DNA from: Thalia democratica
Lineage: Eukaryota
Reading direction: 5' to 3'
Assembly: GCA_965202585.1 (NCBI GenBank)
Contig: OZ241831.1
Coordinates: 14,818,001 to 14,882,000, forward strand
DNA: 64,000 nucleotides
Below the pieces are notes generated by a model. That model saw only the letters and a list, made by a program, of their open reading frames with translations. It was not told the origin of the DNA and made no database searches. The position numbers and the translations under genes are program-made. Positions 1 through 8,672 of this stretch are shown in pieces (the first letter of the stretch is position 1; the number at the start of each line of letters is the position of its first letter).

Positions 1-331
1 AAATGTATTCTTTATTCTCAGGTGTTTTGAGCACTTCTGTTGTAACAACAGCATTTAAATTTCTAACATGTTAACAATTAGCTAATGTGTTTGTTTGATT
101 TTTGTGTCTTTTCCTTTTAAAACAGGGTATTTACTTATTTGAAAACTGTACGTTGCTTTTGCACTCGTACTATCATAGCTGAACAGTTTTACGAAGCTTA
201 CTTTGAAGCAAATAAAAAAAAAATAAGTAAAGGCAAGAAAAACTTAAATTATTTGTTAGTTAGAACAAAGTTAGCTCTAAACATAAGAAACACTTAAGCA
301 AATAAGCTACAAGTTTCAGACAGTTCATTGG

Positions 332-338
332 TTTATAA
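332..338 (+). promoter_or_regulatory. TATA-like element upstream of 5S (present before all four copies)
   Basis: TTTATAA at -29..-23 from the 5S start, the usual position of the 5S upstream element. Confidence 0.5.
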
Positions 339-360
339 CAACTTTTTATCGTTTTCGAAC

Positions 361-482
361 GCCTACGACCATACCACACTGAACACACCCCATCTCGTCC
401 GATCTGGGAAGTTAAAAAAGTGTCGGGCTTAAAGGTTAGTACTTAGATGGGTGACCGCTTGGGAATACCGCGTGCCGTAGGC
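361..482 (+). rRNA. 5S: 5S rRNA gene, aberrant 122-nt form (variant or pseudogene), copy 1
   Basis: Begins GCCTACGACCATACCAC, contains GGTTAGTACTTAGATGGGTGACCGCTTGGGAATACC and ends GTAGGC followed by TTTT. A TATA-like TTTATAA lies at -29..-23. It is 4 nt longer than the standard eukaryotic 5S. Confidence 0.88.
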
Positions 483-486
483 TTTT
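483..486 (+). terminator. Pol III terminator T-run of 5S (present after all four copies)
   Basis: TTTT directly follows GTAGGC, with a second T-run just after. Confidence 0.7.
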
Positions 487-3400
487 ATTTTCAAGCACTT
501 ATTTGTTGGATTTATTCTTCATACTTATTATGAAAGTTTCTAGTTTATCTTAAACATTTTTCAATAATAAATGACACACTAACTAGACTGTCATTTAGTT
601 GTAGACTTATTTTGTCTGTTGCTTTCATTTTGCTATTTATATAAAAGCCATAACTTTATTTCTTAAAAGCGTTTCGTTCTGCTCTAGACTTTTAACAAAT
701 ATAACTTGAAATAAACAGTTGCAGTAGTTTTTAGTTATCAAGTTGTCTCATACACAGTCTTCAATAAAGTTACAAAGCTGTTTACTTCTTTTCCTTTGCA
801 TAATGTTTCAGCTATTGGTTTTTTTACGCGTTGATGTTTTATGTTAAAAATCCATAAGCAACTAAGTTTAATAAAACAAGTCTAAGATTTGTAAAAAAAA
901 AATTCAACTTTGCTATTCATGACAGTTGTACTGAAATTGAATGCTTTTTGGTCGTTTTTTTTCTTTAGAACAATCACTGTTGTTTACATTTATTTATTTT
1001 TGAAAATACATTTTGATAAGCATGATCAGTATAATTTTCATGAATAAACCTCTACTGTTCAAGTATTTTTTAAAATAATACGAAATTTATTAAAACTAAC
1101 TGTTTTATTTTCATTCCATAATGAAATTACTTTTTATAGTGACGTAGAACAAGTTTTAAAAATAAAGTTTAGTATTTATTAAATTAAAAAAAAAGTCTAC
1201 GAAGTAAGCATAATTGAGAATTTTTTTTTTGTCTAAATAAAGAAGTTAACAAGAAAAAGCCTTTGGACAACACGTTTAAGTTAGTTGAAGCTTTTTATGA
1301 AACATCAAATTACAACTAGTTAACAAAACTTATTCCACGATTTAGGCAATACTTTCAAAACATAACTAGCTCTCTTATTAAAAGTTGCTTAGAATGTCCA
1401 GTAAAAGTACAAAGGCAATAGTAAGTATGCATATCTAGGTGACAAAAGAAAAGACAGAAAAAATATTATTTAGAAGTAAAATGTGTCATTCAACTAGCTC
1501 TAACTCTTACTTTTGATCTTTTACCACCACAAAGTTGGTTGAGTTGCACATTTTTGTTGTTTAGTTAAAGCTTGTTTAACACTGCTTAGTAGACTTTAAA
1601 GCTGGTTAAATAAGCTGGTTGTCCTGATTACATTAGATTAACTTGATAAAGCTATAAGCAATGCTAGATCAACTAAAAGATGTAAGCTTTTTAAAGTTAT
1701 AGATTCGAAATGTTCTTTTTCGTTCATGTTGTGATGCATATATGTTGTTTTTTGTTTATGTATTTATGAGTTGTAATGCATGTTTTAAATGTGTTTTAGT
1801 TAAAGTTATTTTCTGAAACGATACAACATAAATTAGACCCAAAGCTAAACTAATTTTCAACTTGATAAATCTGTGAACAATTTGAGTTCAATAAAAAGCT
1901 TTGTAAAAAGAATTCGGTTGTAATACATGATGGTTGTTGTACTGAAATTGCAGTTTTGTTGATTTTTTTATTTTGGTTTGAACAGCTTCTGTTGTTAATT
2001 GTATTTTAAACTGTTTTACTTAGTTTGAGTTGCATTGTAATAAAAAGAAATAATAAATTTTAGAAACTACTGGTTTATTAGATTGTAATTGTTAATATCC
2101 AAAGTTAAGTTTGTTTTATTATAATTTAATGTATTATTTTCATTTAAAATCTAATACTTTTTACAGTGACGTAGAACAGTATTTTTTAAATAAACTAAAT
2201 ACTTTTTCAATTTTACAAAAAGAAGTATACAAAATAAGCATAACGGGAATAAGTTTTGTTTAAAGAAAGAAGTTTACAAGAAAATCTTATGGACACAAAA
2301 ATCAAGTTAGTTGAAGCTTTCTGCGAAACGTATATTTATTTGTAATGTAACAGACTTAAGCAATGGTTTTTAAATACAACTAGCTCCCTCCTCAAAAGTA
2401 GTTTAAAATGTCATGTAAGAGAACAAAAACAATTGTAAATACAAGTATGTGACAAAAAGTTAAAACACAAAAGTATAAGTTAGAAGTAAACTGTTTTATA
2501 CAAACATTCTAACTCACCTTTTACCAGCACAAAAAACATTAAGTTTGGTTCGTTTTTGTCGTCTAGTTAGAGCTTGTTTAATGCTGCTTAGTGGACATTG
2601 ATATCTGGTTGAATCAGTTGGTGGTCCTTATCACTTTAGACTTATAACAGAAATGACTATAGACTGTAAAAGTCGTTTTAAGTCATCAAGTTGTCTCACA
2701 TATAGTTGTAACAAGTAATACAAATGAGTGGTGACAAGCTGTTACTTCTTTTCCTTTCAGCTTAAAAATTGAGTTCTTTCATGTATTCGACTAATTAAGC
2801 AATCAAAAACAAACTAAATAGATGTCAGCTTTGTAAAATAAAAGTTTTAATGATAAGCTTTCATCAACTATTTCAGCTATTTTTGTTTTGGTAAATCGCG
2901 TACTTGTTTATAGTGTTGTTTTTCTTTGAACAATCGATGTTGTTTACATTTATGTATTTTAATGTATGATTTTTAAATTACTATGCATGTTTTTAATTGT
3001 TAGTTGTAATTAAACTATATTTTTTGTGAAACAAATATTGTTTGTTGTTAACAATTGAAAACATACTTTGTTGATAAACCAAAGTAAGTTTTATTCTTAT
3101 TACTATTTAAGTGTACTATTTTCATTGAAAAATATAAATAGTTTTTAAAGTGACGTAGCGTAACTTTTTTTAATAAGTTAAAAAACAAATAATTATTGAA
3201 TGTTTAAGAAAAGTGCACAAAGTAAGAACGAATAAGATAGAGTTCTTAGAAAAAAAAAGATATCAAGAAGAAAAAGACATCCAAGTTAGTTAATTATGTT
3301 AAGCATTCAATTACAGTAGTTGTTACATCAAGTTGTCTAACACCTAGTCTAAACAAGTAACTTTACCATGAAAATAATAAAACAAGCATTTTTTAACCGT

Positions 3401-4052
3401 GTTTAAGCTAATGAGTTGGTTTGTATCATAGGGTGATGTTTTGGCTTGAAATGATATCTTAAATAAGCTAAATAGATGTCAGCCTTGTAGGTGGGAATAC
3501 TTAAATGTGTTTGAAATTCACATTTGTTATCTTTTGTTCTGAACTTTTATTTCTATTTATATACTTATAACTTTTTAAAACATTTTACATGGTTTTAACT
3601 GCATTTAAGTTGATAAAAAGAAGACGTTTAAAAGTTAAACCTTTGTTGTGTTGCTGATAATCAACAACAACAACTTAAAAATGTAACAAAAACTAAGGTT
3701 TTTTTTGGTATAAGTTAAGTATACGTTACTGTATTATTTTTTTTAAACACTTATTTACTGAATGTTTTAACAGAAATTCAACAAATGAACAAGAAGTTGT
3801 ATAGAAAAAAAAAAGTTCACGGACAACGTATTGAAGTTAGTTAAATCCTTTTTTACATATACTACTGTTTTTTCAAATTAGACTTGAGCAATGGTAACCA
3901 TAAGATTAAAACTTGAAAGTACGACAAATTTTAAATCAAACAACTAAAGTGTTTGATCTTTTAATTCTTATAACAACCAGTTTGTTTGTACAATTATCAA
4001 TTTGTGGCTTGTACTTTAAGTAGATATCAATAGCCGGTTTTGTTCAAATGGT

Positions 4053-4068
4053 GGTCCTAAAAAGGACC
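4053..4068 (-). terminator. Histone 3' stem-loop of H2B (same offset in all 7 units)
   Basis: Minus strand GGTCCT-TTTT-AGGACC followed by ACCA, 13 nt after the stop codon. Confidence 0.95.
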
Positions 4069-4081
4069 GGTTGTTGAGCAT

Positions 4082-4441
4082 TTATTTTGAGCTGGTGTAC
4101 TTGGTAACAGCTTTAGTTCCCTCTGAAACTGCGTGCTTTGACAACTCGCCGGGGAGCAAGAGCCTGACAGCAGTTTGAATTTCGCGGCTGCTCACAGTTG
4201 ACCTCTTGTTGTAATGAGCCAAACGTGAAGCCTCTGCTGCAATGCGCTCGAAGATGTCGTTGACAAATGAGTTCATGATTCCCATCGCCTTGCTGGAAAT
4301 TCCGGTGTCGGGGTGCACTTGCTTCAAAACTTTGTACACGTAGATGCCAAAGCTTTCTTTGTGCCTCCTCCTTCGCTTCTTCTTGCCGTCGACCGGGGTG
4401 GTCTTGGCTACTGACTTCTTCGCGCCTTTGGTTGCGGTCAT
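4082..4441 (-). CDS. H2B: Histone H2B, unit 1
   Basis: 119 aa with [26 protein letters not shown] and [13 protein letters not shown]; TATA box upstream and stem-loop downstream. Confidence 0.98.
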   Translation of the reverse strand: MTATKGAKKSVAKTTPVDGKKKRRRRHKESFGIYVYKVLKQVHPDTGISSKAMGIMNSFVNDIFERIAAEASRLAHYNKRSTVSSREIQTAVRLLLPGELSKHAVSEGTKAVTKYTSSK

Positions 4442-4472
4442 GATGATGTGTGAACTTCAGTCTCGGCGCCAG

Positions 4473-4480
4473 CTTATATA
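4473..4480 (-). promoter_or_regulatory. TATA box of H2B
   Basis: TATATAAG on the minus strand, 32-39 nt upstream of the ATG. Confidence 0.8.
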
Positions 4481-4489
4481 CTGAAAGTT

Positions 4490-4501
4490 TATGCAAATTA
4501 G
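4490..4501. promoter_or_regulatory. Octamer-containing 12-mer in the H2B promoter
   Basis: TATGCAAATTAG, the reverse complement of CTAATTTGCATA; it contains ATGCAAAT. Confidence 0.75.
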
Positions 4502-4570
4502 CATTTCCGTACGCGAACGACAGCCTCTCTCATTTTATGATTCTCTCGTTTGTCGTAAATATTTTTAGGT

Positions 4571-4586
4571 GGTCCTGAAAAGGACC
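4571..4586 (-). terminator. Histone 3' stem-loop of H2A (all units)
   Basis: Minus strand GGTCCT-TTTC-AGGACC followed by ACC. Confidence 0.95.
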
Positions 4587-4600
4587 TGGTTTGTTTTAAC

Positions 4601-4981
4601 TTAGGCTGATTTTTTTGAAGCGGTCTTCTTGGGCAATAATACTGCCTGGATGTTTGGAAGAACACCTCCTTGAGCAATAGTGACGCCGCCGAGAAGTTTG
4701 TTCAACTCTTCGTCGTTGCGGATAGCTAGTTGCAAATGGCGGGGAATGATCCTGCTTTTCTTGTTGTCACGAGCAGCGTTACCGGCAAGCTCGAGCACTT
4801 CTGCGCTCAAATACTCGAGAACGGCAGCCAGATAAACTGGAGCACCAGCTCCGACTCTTTGGCTGTAGTTGCCAGTGCGCAACAGGCGGTGCACGCGACC
4901 GACTGGAAACTGCAGTCCTGCACGAGAAGACCTGCTCTTCGGCTTAGATTTGAGTTTTGATCCTTTACCACGTCCCGACAT
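4601..4981 (-). CDS. H2A: Histone H2A, unit 1
   Basis: 126 aa from MSGRGK with [12 protein letters not shown] and [11 protein letters not shown]. The start is trimmed from the ORF track's GTG at 5017. Confidence 0.98.
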   Translation of the reverse strand: MSGRGKGSKLKSKPKSRSSRAGLQFPVGRVHRLLRTGNYSQRVGAGAPVYLAAVLEYLSAEVLELAGNAARDNKKSRIIPRHLQLAIRNDEELNKLLGGVTIAQGGVLPNIQAVLLPKKTASKKSA

Positions 4982-5059
4982 CTTGTTGTTCGAATGATTG
5001 TGCCAAGATGCTCGCACAGCTCTGTATAAAACTCAAACCTAACCGCGTCGAACGAACAA

Positions 5060-5071
5060 CTAATTTGCATA
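5060..5071. promoter_or_regulatory. Octamer-containing 12-mer in the H2A promoter
   Basis: CTAATTTGCATA. The nearby TATA-like sequence (5024-5031) reads TTTTATAC on the gene strand, which is the consensus TATAAAA inverted. Confidence 0.75.
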
Positions 5072-5144
5072 TGTCGTAGCTGCTCTTTAATCTTGTCAAA
5101 ATGTTTGTTCAGCAGTGTTGAAGAAATTTGATTTTGAAATGGGT

Positions 5145-5160
5145 GGTCCTAAAAAGGACC
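5145..5160 (-). terminator. Histone 3' stem-loop of H4 (all units)
   Basis: Minus strand GGTCCT-TTTT-AGGACC followed by ACCCA. Confidence 0.95.
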
Positions 5161-5175
5161 GAGTTTGCTAAATGT

Positions 5176-5520
<345 letters not shown>

Positions 5521-5521
5521 T

Positions 5522-5529
5522 TATTTATA
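5522..5529 (-). promoter_or_regulatory. TATA box of H4
   Basis: TATAAATA on the minus strand, 35-42 nt upstream of the ATG. Confidence 0.8.
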
Positions 5530-5561
5530 AGCTGTTACGGACGCGTACGGTTACTACTAAA

Positions 5562-5573
5562 CTAATTTGCATA
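5562..5573. promoter_or_regulatory. Octamer-containing 12-mer in the H4 promoter
   Basis: CTAATTTGCATA. Confidence 0.75.
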
Positions 5574-5645
5574 CTCAGAAAAGTCTCTAACTTACATTCT
5601 TTCGTTTGGTTTATTTTTTCTCACTATCAAACAAAGTTTAAAAGT

Positions 5646-5661
5646 GGCCCTGAAAAGGACC
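5646..5661 (-). terminator. Histone 3' stem-loop of H3 (all units)
   Basis: Minus strand GGTCCT-TTTC-AGGGCC, with one G-U pair. Confidence 0.93.
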
Positions 5662-5669
5662 GGTTTTAG

Positions 5670-6215
<546 letters not shown>

Positions 6216-6243
6216 TCATGTTTTGTTAATATTTTGATTGAGT

Positions 6244-6259
6244 GGTCCTGAAAAGGACC
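6244..6259 (-). terminator. Histone 3' stem-loop of H1 (all units)
   Basis: Minus strand GGTCCT-TTTC-AGGACC followed by AC. Confidence 0.95.
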
Positions 6260-6276
6260 TTGGGTAAAAGAACAAC

Positions 6277-6864
6277 TTATTTTTTACAGCTCTTCTTGGT
6301 ACTTGCCTTCTTAGATGCTTTTTTGGCTACCGGCTTCTTCTTGGTTACTTTCTTCTTCTTGCTTGCAGCTTTTTTAGATGCTGCTTTCTTAGGAGCACAC
6401 TTTTTAGCAGGTCGCTTTTTGGCTGCTGGTTTTTTCGCTGCCTTCTTGGGAGCACACTTCTTTACTCGTTTCTTTGCTGCGGCCTTCTTTACTGCTGGCT
6501 TTTTAGCTACTTTTTTTGTCCTCTTCTTGGGACCAGCAGCTGGCATTGGAGCAAGCTTGAACGAGCCGGAAGCGCCTTTTCCAGTAGTCTGGAGAAAAGA
6601 ACCTTTGGTCACGCCGCTGGTAAGTGCTCTCTTCAAGTGAGAATTAGAAGCTGAGAGGTCAAGCTTGTAGGTGTCCGCGATATATTTTTGTATCTTCTGG
6701 CGGGATGTACCTTTTCGTTCCTTCATTGCTCCCAGGGCAGAGCTAATCATCTCCCTGTAAGTCGGGTGTTCTGCCTTCTTGGCGCTTGGTCTCTTGGAAG
6801 ACCTGGCCTTGGCTGCGGCCGCCGCCGCTGCTACTGCTGGTGCTGCTACTGCTGTGGTAGACAT
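6277..6864 (-). CDS. H1: Linker histone H1, unit 1 (195 aa)
   Basis: Winged-helix globular domain from HPTYREMI to GKGASGSFKL, a Lys/Ala/Pro-rich tail and a downstream stem-loop. Confidence 0.96.
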   Translation of the reverse strand: MSTTAVAAPAVAAAAAAAKARSSKRPSAKKAEHPTYREMISSALGAMKERKGTSRQKIQKYIADTYKLDLSASNSHLKRALTSGVTKGSFLQTTGKGASGSFKLAPMPAAGPKKRTKKVAKKPAVKKAAAKKRVKKCAPKKAAKKPAAKKRPAKKCAPKKAASKKAASKKKKVTKKKPVAKKASKKASTKKSCKK

Positions 6865-8550
6865 TTTGTATGTATTTTAAAGCAACCGAAACAATACTTT
6901 TAGTAGTTACTGACTGTGACGAATTGACTGTTGAGCAGTTTTACTTTGTGAAGTACCTTTTACTGATTAATACGAGCATTATCATGTGAGTTTAAAGCGC
7001 ATATGCTCATAAAAGCATAGTTATTTTTTTACGAACGTCAAAAACATTCCAGTGACAAAGAAACCAGACTTAGCCTGGTCGGAAACAGAGTTTTTTTTAA
7101 AGCTTAGCTTTAAAGGTCCAGAAAAACAGTCTAAAAGTTACAGCACACCTCTGCATTTAATAATATAAACCTCAAATGAAACAAAATACATTACTACACA
7201 TCCGGTTTAGTTTTCTTCAGCTGCAAACTTAAAACTGTAAGATTTTAGACAAGCACAAGTATTTTTTCCACTTCAAGCTTAAGTTAAGTTTTATTATTTT
7301 AATTTCATTCGGTTTTGTCAATTGTAAAACCCATTAAGTATGTTTAACTTGATTACAACTTTAACTGTGCTGGTTAGTAAAAAGTAATTCATAAACAAAC
7401 ACAAGTATTTAATTTATGATACTTTACAAGTTATCATTACTTTAAGTATACTTATATTCAAAATGGCAGTACTAAACCACATAAAAAAACTTAAGTTCAT
7501 AAGTTTTGAATTTGTTCTTCCACATACTAGTAACTTCAAAAATGTTCTGAACAGTAGCCATACAAAACTTGTTAAAAAGCTAGAAACTAATGTTTAACTT
7601 GTTATATAAAACAGTCCCAACTAGTTACTAGTATTTCACAGTTAGAAAAATTTGAAACAACTTTTTAAAACTATTACACAGTTGTTTTGATTTTTTAACA
7701 ACGTTTTATTTGTTATACTCGAAGCTGAACTAAGAACTTTTTCTTTGTAGATTTCATGAAAAGAAAGCGAACAAATGGATTTGATCGTAACTTTCCAAAA
7801 CAAGACGAAATAACTTGCACTTAAATGAATATCAGTACTGTTCACTTATGTTCAAAGAAAAGGACCGAAATTTCAATATGAAGTTTAAAAGAGTTGCTTA
7901 TTTTGAGACGAAGAACTTTACTTAAAAAAAGAGGTTAGGCTAATTTTAAAAGTAACAAAAGTACAGTTCAAAAATGACTGCATAATGATAGAAGTGTTTA
8001 TGTTTACTAAGTGAAGATTTGTTTAAATAAACTTTAATTGATTTACTGCTTAAAGTAGTTTCTAAGTGTAATAAAAACTAGATTCATTACAATGTTCTGC
8101 ACAATTTAGACAGTTGACTAAATGTTTTGCTGTGGTATATTTTAAAAAAGGTTGTTAAATCAACTCTAACTTGATATAAATGTAATTTCAAAATGTATTC
8201 TTTATTCTCAGGTGTTTTGAGCACTTCTGTTGTAACAACAGCATTTAAATTTCTAACATGTTAACAATTAGCTAATGTGTTTGTTTGATTTTTGTGTCTT
8301 TTCCTTTTAAAACAGGGTATTTACTTATTTGAAAACTGTACGTTGCTTTTGCACTCGTACTATCATAGCTGAACAGTTTTACGAAGCTTACTTTGAAGCA
8401 AATAAAAAAAAAATAAGTAAAGGCAAGAAAAACTTAAATTATTTGTTAGTTAGAACAAAGTGAGCTCTAAACATAAGAAACACTTAAGCATATAAGCTAC
8501 AAGTTTCAGACAGTTCATTGGTTTATAACAACTTTTTATCGTTTTCGAAC

Positions 8551-8672
8551 GCCTACGACCATACCACACTGAACACACCCCATCTCGTCCGATCTGGGAA
8601 GTTAAAAAAGTGTCGGGCTTAAAGGTTAGTACTTAGATGGGTGACCGCTTGGGAATACCGCGTGCCGTAGGC
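8551..8672 (+). rRNA. 5S: 5S rRNA gene, aberrant 122-nt form, copy 2
   Basis: Identical to 361-482. Confidence 0.88.

Larger units (their letters stand above)
226..4000. repeat. Diverged ~1-kb spacer subrepeats (approximate limits; present in every spacer)
   Basis: Recurrent motifs in register: AGTGACGTAG at 1138/2165/3149, TGTACTGAAATTG at ~927/~1937, AAGTTAGTT at ~1278/~2305/~3283/~3835, TAGAAGTAAA at ~1471/~2480 and CAAGTTGTCT at ~739/~2688/~3329. Confidence 0.7.

Noticed and set aside
1-70. ATTCTTTATTCTCAG|GT followed by a small hairpin CTGTTG-TAA-CAACAG about 340 bp upstream of the 5S, considered as a spliced-leader RNA because SL genes are often 5S-linked
   Set aside because: There is no convincing Sm site, similarity to SL exons I know is only partial, and the donor varies (GTG/GTA). 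It would need evidence of this sequence at mRNA 5' ends.
3328-3345. AAGTTGTCTAA resembling the U7 Sm site AATTTGTCTAG
   Set aside because: It has two mismatches, no 3' stem-loop and no HDE-complementary 5' end. It is one of the subrepeat motifs.
3646-3675. Imperfect hairpin and (AAC)n run of 3-4 copies, plus homopolymer length differences between units
   Set aside because: Ordinary microsatellite or homopolymer variation, possibly sequencing noise.
4982-5017. N-terminal extensions of H2A (MRASW...) and H3 (MRPCL..., 6090-6152) in the ORF track
   Set aside because: They start at GTG and TTG, and the H3 extension runs through its TATA box. The true starts are MSGRGK and MARTK.
7642-7845. 67-codon minus-strand ORF (MNSTDIHLS...) open in all seven H1-upstream spacers
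   Set aside because: It is AT-rich with no recognisable domain, and most differences between copies change the amino acid. Staying open is expected because the copies are nearly identical.
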